A stretch of DNA of 64,000 nt from NCBI RefSeq assembly GCF_964355755.1, contig NC_092673.1:28021648-28085647 (forward strand), given 5' to 3'. Source of the DNA: Antedon mediterranea (taxonomy: Eukaryota; Animalia; Echinodermata). Of the stretch, positions 13,001 to 27,300 are shown one piece after another (the first letter of the stretch is position 1; each line of letters starts with the position of its first letter). Both the position numbers and the translations under genes were made by a program. The notes below the pieces were generated by a model. That model searched no databases. It was not told where the DNA came from and saw only the letters and a program-made list of their open reading frames with translations.

Positions 13001-16000
13001 ATTATCAATGCATATAACCTATAATTTGTCATAGTGACAAATTAAATCTAGTTAGGTTATATGCATGATATGCATATAACCTCTTGATTCTGTCAAAATC
13101 TTTATTTATTTATTTATTTATTTATTTATTCTTTCCTTAGCACTATTTTGTCCGTGCATTATCTTGGCATCAGTTTAATCTAGCTAAGTCAAGTTTTCAG
13201 AGTATATTCCTTATGGCCAGGAATCGATGTGGTTATATTTTCACGATGCGTAATCAAAAATTACGCGGTCTACGCGCGATTTTACGAAATCACGTTTGTA
13301 ATCATATCTTCACAAGCATGAATCACAATTAAACAAAATTTGGTACTCATAAATTTCAGGTCATATTTCATCATATGGCAATACAATTACGTGCGTAGCG
13401 CATATAACGCTTGCGTACGCGCGCTTAAAATGTTCAAAATTGTCAAAATTTATTTTCGATGAAATTAGAGTACGTTTCAGGCAATTTTAAGCGTTTAAAA
13501 AATTGCCATGAGTGCGCAAATTTTTGCACGCGCACTGCGCGTTAAACGTTAATGCGCACTCTTTTTGCCCGATTTCTGTTTTACAATCTTTCTTTAATAA
13601 TATCATCATATTTGATTCAGGTTTCAACTCGGAATTGCGTTATACGAGCACGTCAAAAGTGATTGGCTACGCACGTATAAGTTAACAAAATGGTGAAAAT
13701 ATGCTAAATTTTTAAATTAATATATATCGTCAGAATGCAGGGGAACACCTATTTTTTATTTCATTTTCTTGAAGTGTATGTATCATATGTATGATTTATT
13801 ATCAAATTAAGAGAACCAAAGTTGATTAAGTCATCATTAATTGCATATTAAATTTAAAAAAAATAATTTCGACAATCAAACAAATTATGACATTTTCTTA
13901 GGCCAAAATAACAAACTTAACATTAACTTTCTTCCTTCAAAAGTTCATATATTAAAGTTAAAAGTATGTAGTTTGACAGTGCATCATTTGTTTACATTTT
14001 AAAGATGTCATCATAGTAAAAAATTATAATTCATTTCGGTATGTAATAATCTATTTGCATCAAAGTGGTTACTGCATAGTAAATACACGGAGGAATCTTT
14101 CTACAAATTTTAGTCAGTTGTGTATGGCTCGGTGGTCTGTGCTCGTGTCTATGGCATTCAAGGTACCGAGATCGAGTCTCACCTTGGGAAACGAAATAAG
14201 ATTTTTTTTTTATTATCCGTATTGTTTGTTCAAATTTATTTCTTAGTGTATAGATTATACACATGATTTATAATGAAATCTAGATAAAAATTAACTTATG
14301 TCTTTATTATTATGTAACAACAAATGTGGTTTATGACATTATACGCATATGGATCTTTGATCGGATTGTGATACCGGCTATGGTGTTCGCGTTAGCAAGG
14401 TACTAGGTCCTATCATATATTATAAATAATTAAAGATTCTGAGAAAATCAATCAATCAATATATCTTTAAAAAATCAATTATCTTTATTTAAATCAATGC
14501 ATATAACCTATAATTCGTCATAGTGACGAATTAAATCTAGTTTATTTATTCTTTCCTTAGCACTATTTTGTCCGTGAATTATCTTGATATCAGTTTCATC
14601 TATCTAAGTCAATTTTTCAGAGTATATTCCTTATGGCCAGGAATCGATGTGGTTATATTTTCACGATGCGTAATCAAAAATTACGCGGTCTACGCGCGAT
14701 TTTACGAAATCACGTTTGTAATCATATCTTCACAAGCATGAATCACAATTAAACAAAATTTGGTACTCATAAATTTCAGGTCATATTTCATCATATGGCA
14801 ATACAATTACGTGCGTAGCGCATATAACGCTTGCGTACGCGCGCTTAAAATGTTCAAAATTGTCAAAATTTATTTTCGATGAAATTAGAGTACGTTTCAG
14901 GCAATTTTAAGCGTTTAAAAAATTGCCATGAGTGCGCAGATTTTTGCACGCGCACTGCGCGTTATACGTTAATGCGCACTCTTTTTGTCCGATTTCGGTT
15001 GTACAACCTTTCTTTAATAATATCATCATATTTTATTCACTTTTCAACGCGTAATTGCCTTATACGAGCACGTCAAAAGTGACAGGCTACGCACGTGTAA
15101 GTTAACAAAATGGTGAAAATATGCTAAATTTTAAAATTAATATAGATCGTCAGAATGCTCGGGAACACATATTTTTTATTTAATTTTCTTGAAGTGTATG
15201 TATCTTATGTATGATTTATTATTAAACTAAGGGAACAAAAGTTGATTAAGCCATAATTAATTGCATATTAAATTTAAAAAAATTCCTTTCGACAATCAAA
15301 CAAATTATGACATTTTCTTAGGCCAAAATAACAAACTTAACATTAACTTTCTTCCTTCAAAAGTTCATATATTAAAGTTAAAAGTATATAGTTTGACAGT
15401 GCATCATTTTTGTACATTTTTAGAGATGTCATCATAGTAAAAAATTATAATTCATTGCGGTATGTAATAATCTATCTGCACCAAAGTGGTTACTGCATAG
15501 TAAATACACGGAGGAATTTTTCTACAATTTTTAGTCAGTTGTGTATGGCTCGGTGGTGTGTGCTCGTGTCTATGGCACTCAAGGTACCGAGATCGAGTCT
15601 CACCTTGGGAAACGAAATAAATTTTTTTTTTTATTAACCGTATTGTTTGTTCAAATTTATTTCTTAGTGTATATATTATACACATGATTTATAATGAAAT
15701 CTAGATAAAAAATAACTTATGTCTTTATTATTATGTAACAGCAAATGTGGTTTATGACATTATACGCAGAGGGATCTTTGATCGGATTGTGATACCGGCT
15801 ATTGTATTCGCGTTAGCAAGGTCCTATCATATATTATATATTATTTAAAGAATCTGAGAAAATCAATGAATCAAAATATCTTTTAAAAATAAATTATCTT
15901 TATTTTAATTATCAATGCATATAACCTATAATTCGTCATAGTGACGAATTAAATCTAGTTTATTTATTTATTCTTTCCTTAGCACTATTTTGTCCGTGCA

Positions 16001-18720
16001 TTATCTTGGCATCAGTTTAATCTAGCTAAGTCAATTTTTCAGAGTATATTCCTTATGGCCAGGAATCGATGTGGTTATATTTTCACGATGCGTAATCAAA
16101 AATTACGCGGTCTACGCGCGATTTTACGAAATCACGTTTGTAATCATATCTTCACAAGCGTGAATCACAATTAAACAAAATTTGGTACTCATAAATTTCA
16201 GGTCATATTTCATCATATGGCAATAAAATTACGTGCGTAGCGCATATAACGCTTGCGTACGCGCGCTTAAAATGTTCAAAATTGTCAAAATTTATTTTCG
16301 ATGAAATTAGAGTACGTTTCAGGCAATTTTAAGCGTTTAAAAAATTGCCATGAGTGCGCACAATTTTGCACGCGCACTGCGCGTTAAACGTTAATGCGCA
16401 CTCTTTTTGCCGGATTTCTGTTTTACAATCTTTCTTTAATAATATCATCATATTTGGTTCAGGTTTCAACTCGAAATTGCGTTATACGGGCACATCAAAA
16501 GTGACTGGCTACGCACGTATAAGTTAACAAAATGGTGAAAATATGCTAAATTTTAAAATTAATATATATCGTCAGAATGCAGGGGAACACCTATTTTTTA
16601 TTTCATTTTCTTGAAGTGTATGTATCATATGTATGATTTATTATCAAATTAAGAGAACAAAACTTGATTAAGTCATCATTAATTGCATATTAAATTTAAA
16701 AAAAATAATTTCGACAATCAAACAAATTATGACATTTTCTTAGGCCAAAATAACAAACTTAACATTAACTTTCTTCCTTCCAAAGTTCATATATTAAAGT
16801 TAAAAGTATATAGTTTGACAGTGCATCATTTGTTTACATTTTAAAGATGTCATCATAGTAAAAAATTATAATTCATTGCGGTATGTAATAATCTATTTCC
16901 ACCAAACTGGTTACTGCATAGTAAATACACGGAGGAATTTTTCTACAACTTTTAGTCAGTGGTGTATGGCTTGATGGTCTGTGCTCGTGTCTATGGCATT
17001 CAAGGTACCGAGATCGAGGGAAACGAAATAAGATTTTTTTTTTATTATCCGTATTGTTTGTTCAAATTTATTTTTTAGTGTATAGATTATACACATGATT
17101 TATAATGAAATCTAGATAAAAATTAACTTATGTCTTTATTATTATGTAACAACAAATGTGGTTTATGACATTATACGCATATGGATCTTTGATCGGATTG
17201 TGATACCGGCTATGGTGGTCGCGTCCTATCATATAATATAAATAATTAAAGATTCTGAGAAAATCAATCAATCAATATATCTTTTAAAAATTAATTATCT
17301 TTATTTAAATCAATGCATATAACCTATAATTCGTCATAGTGACGAATTAAATCTAGTTTATTTATTTATTCTTTCCTTAGCACTATTTGTCCGTCAATTA
17401 TCTTGATATCAGTTTCATCTAACTAGGTCAATTTTTCAGAGTATATTCCTTATGGCCAGGAATCGATGTGGTTATGTTTTCACGATGCGCAATCAAAAAT
17501 TACGCGGTCTACGCGCGATTTAACGAAATCACGTTTGTAATCATATCTTCACAAGCATGAATCACAATTAAATAATAATCACTCATAAATGTCAGGTCAT
17601 ATTTCATCATATGGCAATACAATTACGTGCGTAGCGCATATAACGCATGCGTACGCGCGCTTAAAATGTTGAAAATTGTCAGAATTTATTTTCGATGAAA
17701 TTAGAGTACGTTTCAGGCAATTTTAAGCGTTTAAAAAATTGCCATGAGTGCGCAGATTATTGCACGCGCACTGCGCGTCAAACGTTAATGCGCACTGTTT
17801 TGTCCGATTACTGTTGTATAACCTTTCTTTAATAATATCATCATATTTTATTCACTTTTCAACGCGAAACAGCGTTATACGAGCATGTCAAAAGTGACAG
17901 GCTACGCACGTGTAAGTTAACAAAATGGTGAAAATATGCTAAATTTTAAAATTAATATATATCGTTAGAATGCTCGGGAACACCTATTTTTTTATTTAAT
18001 TTTCTTGAAGTGTATGTATCATATGTATGATTTATTATGAAATTAGAAGAACAAAAGTTGATTAAGTCATCATTAATGGCATATTAAATTTAACAAAATT
18101 AATTTCGACAATCAAACAAATTATAACATTTTCTTAGGCCAAAATAACAAACTTCAAATATTAAAGTTAAAAGTATATAGTTTGACAGTGCATCATTTTT
18201 TTAAATTTTTAAAGATGTCATCATAGTAAAACATTATAATTCATTGCGGTATGTAATAATCTATCTGCACCAAAGTGGTTACTGCATAGTAAATACACGG
18301 AGGAATTTTTCCATAACTTTTAGGCAGTTGTGTATGGCTCGGTGGTCTTTGCTAGTGTCTATAGCAGTCAAGTACCGAGTTCGAGTCTCACCTTGGGAAA
18401 CCAAACAAAATAAGATTTTTTTATATTATCCGTATTGGTTGTTCAATTATATTTCTTAGTGTATAGATTATACACATGATGTATAATGAAATCTAAATAA
18501 AAACACAAATGTGGTTTATGACATTATATACGCAGAAAGATCTTTGATCGGATTATGATACCGGCTATTGTATTTGCGTTAGCAAGATCCTGTCATATAT
18601 TATAAATAACTAATGATTCTGAGAAAATCAATCAATCAATATATCTTAAATCAATCAATTATCTTTATTTAAATCAATGCATATAACCTATAATTCGTCA
18701 TAGTGACGAATTAAATCTAG
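10084..18720 (+). mobile_element. Nest of five copies of a ~1.5-kb non-autonomous Helentron/HINE-like element plus one related element
   Basis: 5' subterminal IR taggttatatgcat with local palindrome, TTTA microsatellite, 3' atgcatataaccta, hairpin aattcgtca-tag-tgacgaatt and CTAG ends at 13051, 14540, 15958, 17356, 18720; no TSD relative to the empty site near 8619. Confidence 0.87.
10321..11633 (+). mobile_element. Second Helentron/HINE-like family, innermost in the nest
   Basis: 5' ttggttatccgc / 3' gcggataaccaa, hairpin actcgtc-ctcaagt-gacgagt, terminal CTAG; body distantly similar to the main family. Confidence 0.8.
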
Positions 18721-20059
18721 TTTAGTTTATATTTCCAGTTAACTTAAATTAGTGTTAGCTGTTCAATTTATAAGCATAATCGGGTTTTTTTCGGACTTGA
18801 TTTCCGAAGACGTAGAAATCCAATGAAAATGTATGAGATTTTATTTGCGAGCAGCAAACTGAATTTCCGTAAGACAATTTAATTAATTTTATCTTTGGAG
18901 CAACAAACGTTTATATTTCCAGTAAGCTTAAATTAGTGTTAGATGTTGAGAAGCTTAAAGACTTATTAGACGAAGCAATTTGGTTAAGCTTAGCTTAAAT
19001 GTTAGCTGTCGACCGGCAATCGTTTTAGAATCGGTCTATGTGACTACATTTTTCGCAAGCTCTAACAATTAAAGATGTATTGTCAATATAGTCAAATTGG
19101 CTGCCAGTCAATGGGTTTTTAGTTGAATTTAACCATTTGTTTTAGCATTAGTGAAAGCATTATTTTTTCGTTTTTTTTTTTACAGAGGTGATTAGCCTAC
19201 TTTTTAATAAAACTACAAAATATTCAAAATCTGATTTAATAAATTTTCATTTTTGATGTTTTTGGTGGACAATTGGTGTGGTGATGTATAAACTACCACT
19301 TGTATTGTATTCATCATATAATATCACAATTAAACATATAGATACTTATATATCCTTACTTTATTATTTTAACTCGGGAAAATTGTAAGCTGTAAGGGCG
19401 TAATCAGAAACAGCGAAACCCGATTCTATTTTAATATTATCTCCACATTATGACACTTATGTCCAGTATGTTTACAGTATCATAGGCGAATTGTGTAATA
19501 CAGTGTAGGCCTATATGTGTAATAAAAATAATAAATTGTTATGCTTTTTTTTACAAAAGAAACTAGAAACATTTTCATTATACAACCGTAAAATATACTT
19601 CTGATATAACGACAGCATTGTCATTTTGCATTGCCTTTTGACGGAAAGGTTAATGCTTACAGGTGGTTCATGACGGTTAAGTAGGCCTACGCCTTAATTG
19701 CATAATTTACCTGATCGTACAAATATATAATGAATCTGCTTAAGGCAGAATATACGTTAATAGAAGATAAATGCATTACAAATCTAAATATTTCGACGAA
19801 GTGTAATATTACGGCAGTGTTTTGATCCAGTTTAAATTAAATTTATATATATTTATATTATCATAATTATTATTATAAATTATTATTTATATTTTCGTAT
19901 ATTTTTCATTTCTCTTGCTATTAAGTTCAGTGCATTTTGAATAAAGTTGGCCACAATTTTATTCAATAGATTTCTTAAGTAAATGCTTTAGGCCTAGTAA
20001 GTAATTGAATTACCGACTCCGTAATTTGTGGCGCATACGTAAATAAGGATGCATGGCAC

Positions 20060-20480
20060 AATGCCGTCAAGGGACTGGACTGGTCCTGTCCCGCCTCGAC
20101 TATGCTAACTCGCTCTTGCTTGGCGCCCGCGAAGTTTATCTTTAGCGATTACAGCGATTACAGAACAAGGTATTTACGTGTGGGCGGGATCAGCCCTCGG
20201 ATGGCTTCTTTATTGTTTTTGTTTATAAATGTATTTACTCTGTTGTTCATTTGTACATTGTTATTTAATTTTTAAAGTTTAACCGTGAACAGCTTTCATT
20301 TAATTACAGTTGCCGACTTCACTTCTCTTATCATTCCACCAGACTTTTCGTTCCACGATCTAATCGGAAAGCTGGTGACAATGCTTTTTCTGTTACCGCT
20401 TCCGCGGATCTGGAACGCGCTATCCTACCGAGTTGAGAGGACCGAATTCGGCACCTATATTTAAACGTCAATTAATTAAG
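20060..20480 (+). mobile_element. Degraded L2/CR1-type LINE 3' fragment
   Basis: Translates SRLDYANSLLLG...RLQRLQN and AFSV...WNAL with stops and frameshifts. Confidence 0.65.
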
Positions 20481-21739
20481 TATTGTTAAGCGATCTGTTT
20501 TTTGTAGTGCAAAACAAAATAATCATAATGATACAAACCTCTATGTTCCAAAACATCGCATTTAGTATAAAAAACGTAGTATTTCTTATAGGGTGTTATA
20601 ACCCGGAATAAACATAATATTGATATCAACAAGATGCCACAATCTTTGAACGTATTCAAAAAAGAAATTGCAAACATGTTTAAACAGGAAGCCTAATGCT
20701 ATATTATTGTATTTCTTTCTTAATTCTTTCTTTTAATGTTTTTTTTCTAAATGTGTATACACTGTATTATTTGTATATTATATTACCTATCACTAACTTG
20801 TGGAAGAACACCTTTATTTTATGGTGAACGAGTTTTAAATTTTGTACTTTTGTATTTTATAATTTCGTGAATAAATAAAGATTTTGATTGATATAAAAAA
20901 CGTTTATAGAATAGAATAGAAATGTATGTGCTTTAGCCTAAATGTTAGCCGCTGAGCCGCAGCAACAGTTAAGAGTAGTTATTGTTACAGTTAACTTAAT
21001 TATTGTTAGCTGTTGAGAAGCAACATTTTCAGTTGTTTTATAGGACCAACTTTCCGAAGAAGTAGCAATTAAGTGAACATATACAATGACAGATAAATGA
21101 ATAATTAATTAATTGATAATGCGAGCATCAAATTTTTAGCACCGTAAGGACCGTTTAGTCGGACCAACTATATAATGAACCTGTTGGAAACTGAAGATAC
21201 GATAATAAAAGAAGATAAATAAATTAAAATCTAATATATACTCAGAAAAATACAATTATGACATTGAAGTGAATCAGTTAATATATTTAACCCAGAAAAT
21301 TGTCTTAAAACTAATTATGGACCCCATTGGAAATGGGCTGGTATTTTCCGGCCTAATGGGTGTTCCTGATGCTCGTTATTTTGTCTTTTGTCTATATGTA
21401 ATTTTAATGTTGAGCATCAAATAAATTCAATCAATCAATAAAATGCAATTAAGAGTTAAAAAGAATCAAAGGTCCTGTTATGAAATACAAATCTGCTCTA
21501 AGCAATAATGTGAACAAATAAAATAACGGAATCCAGTGCATTGATAGCTTTGCTTTTAAGATATGCCTTGTTAAATGTAGGCTAGCACCTAATGGCCTGA
21601 TTCTATAACAATACGTAATTCAACCGTTTATTCTATGTTGTTTGTTACATCTGACTGCATGAATTGCATTGTTGTATTTTGAAACCATTAAGGAACTTTT
21701 TATAATTACTTTCTGTATATTAATCCATCATAGCCGGCA

Positions 21740-22285
21740 AAATCCAAGTAAAACTTATCTATGGCTTCACAATTTAACGATTACTTTCCAAATATTGGTC
21801 CTAAAATTGCAAATACTATTGAAATTCCACAAAACAATTAATAACCTTGACTTTTCATAATTCCTAAATCAATCATTAAAAAAAAACAATTCTTACATCT
21901 ATTATGTCGTATGAGGTTTCCGATCTTATTTCAAATCTAGATATAAAAAAAAGTCCTGTTATTGATTAATAAGGTTATCAAATCTGTTTCGTCTTTAATT
22001 TCTACTCCAGTATCCCATATTTTAAATTTTTCTTTAGGCCTAACCAGTGGCACCTTTCCCGATTTCCTAAAAATTGCAAAAGTTATTCCAATTTACAAAA
22101 AAAGAAGACAGACATCGGATTGCAAACTTAGGCCTATCTCGTTACTTTCTTGTTTATTTAAGATTTTGAGCGAATCATTTTTATAATTGACTTTTTACTT
22201 TTTTTGAAAACAACAACGTCTTTTTTAATAGCAGATAATATGGCTTTAGAAGACAACATTCCACCGGTTTGTAACTTATCGATGT
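21740..22285 (+). mobile_element. Degraded LINE reverse-transcriptase fragment
   Basis: SGTFPDFLKIAKVIPIYKK...RPISLL...YGFRRQHST, conserved CR1/L2-group ORF2 motifs, frameshifted. Confidence 0.85.
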
Positions 22286-23025
22286 GATGGCGCTAGTTAT
22301 TATCTGCTGCGTATTTGTTTTAGAATGCATAATGGTATTGTGTTCGTATTTAATTATTTAATCCGTGGTAAAACCTTCATTTTGCCATGGATTAAATCAT
22401 TATTTATTCCATGATTTTACGTACGCTTTATGTTTTTTGACGTGCATAAAATGACCGATGACGTAATAATTGAATGCATATTAAGTGTATTGTTTTCTGT
22501 TTATTTTTCATTCATTAAACATTTTATTAAATGATATTCCTTTTTTGAAGTCATTAATCTGCGCTAATTATATCGCAAAACAATGCGTTAATATTCATTT
22601 CATTATTGCTTATTTTTAGTGCACACTGTACATTGAGGGCGCAAATAAACAACAAACCAGCGGGTGACCAGAGAGACCATAGAAAGAATAAGCCGGCTTT
22701 CTTATATCACAGAATATCAGAATAAGCAATCCGCAATTTTTGCATTGGCAATGTTTGTATCACCTTTGAAAGAGCGCGGATGTATACGAAGGAAGACTTG
22801 ATTTAAATAGATATTATATAGAATTGTGATAATACTGTATATTTGCAACTATATAACATTTCATAGAAAATATTTAAACAAACTATTGTACATTCACTTC
22901 TAGAAAAAAAATTGTTTTATCACCTAGTTCACAAAGAAAGCTTTAACACTGCAACAACAAAAATCATGCGTTACCCAACATGGCCTGTAATTCTTTGCCG
23001 TTGCCGTCCGGTAAATAAAGTAATG

Positions 23026-23741
23026 TTTTTAGTCGCGTGGAAGCGACTCTATAGTTTACTATGTCGGTTGGTCTGTCGGTCTGTCGGTCTGTCGGTCTGT
23101 CTGTCGGTCCGGTATCACTATGCGTTTTTTCGCTTTCTGACCTTATCTTGATATCAGTTTAATCTAGCTAAGTCAATTTTTCACAGTATATTCCTTATGG
23201 CCAGGAATCGATGTGGTTATGTTTTCACGGTGCGCAATAAAAAAATTACGCGGTTTACGCACGATTTAACGAAATCACGTTTGTAATCATATCTTCACAA
23301 CCATGAATCACAATTAAATAAAATTTGGTACTCATAAATTTCAGGGCATAAATCATCATATGGCAATACAATTACGTGCGTAGCGCATGTAACGCATGCG
23401 TACGCGCGCTTAAAATTTTCAAAATTTATTTTCTATGAAATAAGAGTACGTTTCAGGCAATTTTAGGCGTTTACAAAATTGCCATGAGTGCGCAGATTTT
23501 TGCGTTATTGCGCACTCTTTTTGCCCGATTTCTGTTTTCTTGACTTACTTTTCAACTCGAAATTACGTTATACGAGCACGTCAAAAGTGACAGGCTACGC
23601 ACGTGTAAATTTAAAAAATATAACTGTTTTTAAACATTTCAACATTTTTAAACATGTTCAGTAATTTCGGTCAGTTGGTAGGTTGGTCGGTCGGTCGGTA
23701 AACACTAAGCACACGACTGCAGCCATCTATATGGCCTTGTT
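23026..23741 (+). mobile_element. DINE-1/HINE-like Helentron derivative sharing its body with the nested family
   Basis: 5' tttttagtcgcgtg with local palindrome, (gtctgtcg)n microsatellite, body matching 11670-12190, 3' cacgact, hairpin gccat...atggc and cttgtt end. Confidence 0.8.
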
Positions 23742-24338
23742 ATGATATACATTACTATAAAATACATTTCGATTGGCTAAAATGTTAAATGTATTGATAT
23801 TTATTTTTTCTACAAGAAAAAAATTAATACGGAAATATTATTAACCATCTTCGTGAAACAACAACGTGAACGCGAACGTTGTTAATTTTAAACAAAACGA
23901 ACAATCAAAATATCTAAATAGCATTTAGATATTATATAGTAGCCTGTATAGTTGATAACATTTTTATCATGATCATCTGTTTCTCTCTATTCATACGAGT
24001 AGCTTAGATAGGCCAGTGATACATCCCTCTGTTTAAGCCTAAGTGGGCCCTAAATTTAAAATTAGAGGCATGGCCTATTAAAAGTAGTTAGTAGAGGCTA
24101 GTTGGTAGTAGGCAAACACGGCACACACCTTTTTAGGTAGTTAGTAGAATCTACGTACTTAGTGGTCAACCTTGATTTTACGAATCCAATGTGTTACGTA
24201 AAATGTGTGTAATATGAGAAAAATCTTTTAATGGATAAATAAGTAAATTAGAGTTTTTGTATATAGTCGTGAGTGAATTTTAGAAGTGTTAAATTTAAAA
24301 CATTAACACCAATCATTTGGTTTTAGTTTTGTTGATAG

Positions 24339-27300
24339 TTGTGTCAGTAACAACTACAGAATCCTCAACTACTGAACCCTCTACTACTGAACCATCAACA
24401 ACAGAGCCCTCAACTACTGAGCCATCAACAACAGAGCCCTCAACTACTGAGCCATCAACCACTGAGCCATCTACTACTGAACCATCTACTACTGAACCAT
24501 CAACAACAGAGCTCTCAACTACTGAGCCATCAACTACAGAGTCCTCAACCACAGAGCCATCGACTACTGAGCGTTCAACTACAGAGCCTTCAACTACTGA
24601 GCCATCAACCACAGAGCCATCAACTACTGAGCCATCAACCACAGAGCAATTGACAACAGAGCCATCTACTACAGAGCCATCGACTACTGAACCATCAACG
24701 ACAGAGCCCTCAACAACAGAGCCATCAACTACAGAGCCCTCGACTACTGAACCATCAACAACAGAGCCCTCAACTACTGAGCCATCGACTACTGAGCCTT
24801 CGACTACTGAGCCTTCAATTACAGAGCCCTCAACTACTGAGCCATCAACCACAGAATCATCGACTACTGAACCATCGACAACAGAGCCATCTACTACAGA
24901 GCCATCGACCACTGAAGGATCTACTACTGAACCCTCGACTACTGAACCATTTACTACAGAACCATCAACTACGGAGCCCTCAACCACAGAGCAATCGACT
25001 ACTGAACCTTCAACTACAGAACCATCTACTACTGAGCCATCGACTACAGAGCCCTCAACTACTGAGCCATCGACCACAGAGCCCTCAACTACTGAGCCAT
25101 CCACCACAGAGCCATCTACTACTGAACCATCTACTACTGAACCATCAACAACAGAGCACTCAACTACTGAGCCATCAACAACAGAGCCCTCAACTACTGA
25201 GCCATCAACCACTGAGCCATCTTCTACAGAACCATCTACTACTGAACCATCAACAACAGAGCTCTCAACTACTGAGCCATCAACTACAGAGTCCTCAACC
25301 ACAGAGCCTTCGACTACTGAGAGTTCAACTACAGAGCCTTCAACTACTGAGCCATCAACCACAGAGCCATCAACTACTGAGCCATCAACCACAGAGCAAT
25401 TGACAACAGAGCCATCTACTACAGAGCCATCGACTACTGAACCATCAACGACAGAGCCCTCAACAACAGAGCCATCAACTACAGAGCCCTCGACTACTGA
25501 ACCATCAACAACAGAGCCCTCAACTACTGAGCCATCGACTACTGAGCCTTCGACTACTGAGCCTTCAACTACAGAGCCCTCAACTACTGAACCATCAACC
25601 ACAGAACCATCGACTACTGAACCATCGACAACAGAGCCATCTACTACAGAGCCATCGACCACTGAAGGATCTACTACTGAACCCTCGACTACTGAACCAT
25701 TTACTACAGAACCATCAACTACGGAGCCCTCAACCACAGAGCCATCGACTACTGAACCTTCAACTACAGAACCATCTACTACTGAGCCATCGACTACAGA
25801 GCCCTCAACTACTGAGCCATCGACCACAGAGCCCTCAACTACTGAGCCATCCACCACAGAGCCATCTACTACTGAACCATCTACTACTGAACCATCAACA
25901 ACAGAGCACTCAACTACTGAGCCATCAACAACAGAGCCCTCAACTACTGAGCCATCAACCACTGAGCCATCTACTACAGAACCATCTACTACTGAACCAT
26001 CAACAACAGAGCTCTCAACTACTGAGCCATCAACTACAGAGTCCTCAACCACAGAGCCATCGACTACTGAGCGTTCAACTACAGAGCCTTCAACTACTGA
26101 GCCATCAACCACAGAGCCATCAACTACTGAGCCATCAACCACAGAGCAATTGACAACAGAGCCATCTACTACAGAGCCATCGACTACTGAACCATCAACG
26201 ACAGAGCCCTCAACAACAGAGCCATCTACTACAGAGCCATCGACTACTGAACCATCAACTACTGAACCATCGACAACAGAGCCATCTACTACAGAGCCAT
26301 CGACTACTGAACCATCTACTACTGAACCATCTAATACTGAACCCTCAACTACTGAACTTTCTACTACTAAACCATCAACAACAGAGCCCTCAACTACTGA
26401 GCCATCAACTACAGAGCCCTCAACTACTGAGCTATCAACTACAGAGCTCTCAACTACTGAGCCATCAACCACAGAACCATCTACTACTGAACCATCAACG
26501 ACAGAGCCATCTACTACAGAGCCATCGACTACTGAACCCTCAACTACTGAGCCATCAACTACAGAGCCCTCAACTACTGAACCATCTACTACAGAACCAT
26601 CAACAACAGAACCCTCAACGACAGAGCCCTCAACAACAGAGCCCTCAACTACAGAGCCATCAACTACAGAGCCCTCAACTACTGAGCCATCAACTACAGA
26701 GCCCTCAACTACTGAGCTATCAACTACAGAGCTCTCAACTACGGAGCCATCAACCACAGAACCATCTACTACTGAACCATCAACGACAGAGCCATCTACT
26801 ACAGAGCCATCGACTACTGAACCGTCAACTACTGAGCCATCAACTACAGAGCCCTCAACTACTGAACCATCTACTACAGAACCATCAACAACAGAACCCT
26901 CAACGACAGAGCCCTCAACAACAGAGCCCTCAACTACAGAGCCATCAACTACAGAGCCCTCAACTACTGAACCATCAACAACAGAGCCCTCAACTACTGA
27001 ACCATCAACTACAAAGCCCTCAACTACTGAGCCATCAACAACAGAGCCATCTACTACAGAGCCCTCAACTACTGAGGCATCAACCACACAACCATCTACT
27101 ACTGAAGCATCTACTACAGAACCATCAACAACGGAGCCCTCAACTACTGTGCCATCAACCACAGAACCATCTACTACTGAATCATCAACGACAGAGCCAT
27201 CTACTACAGAGCCATTGACTACTGAACCCTCAACTACTGAACAGTCAACTACTGAACCTTCTACTACTGAACGCTCAACTACTGAATCATCTACTACAGA

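Noticed and set aside
11972-18459. Repeated 63-85-aa ORFs in the 1.5-kb units
   Set aside because: Recur only because the element is repeated; disrupted in other copies and show no Rep/helicase motifs.
22287-22334. ATG-MALVIICCVFVLECIM followed by gtattg as a candidate first exon
   Set aside because: It is in frame with and adjacent to the decayed LINE RT, and its phase-0 donor does not match the phase-1 mucin exon; unsupported without RNA data.
24317-24338. ORF start MVLVLLIVV looking like a signal peptide
   Set aside because: The start is TTG, not ATG, and the hydrophobic codons are the T-rich acceptor tract.
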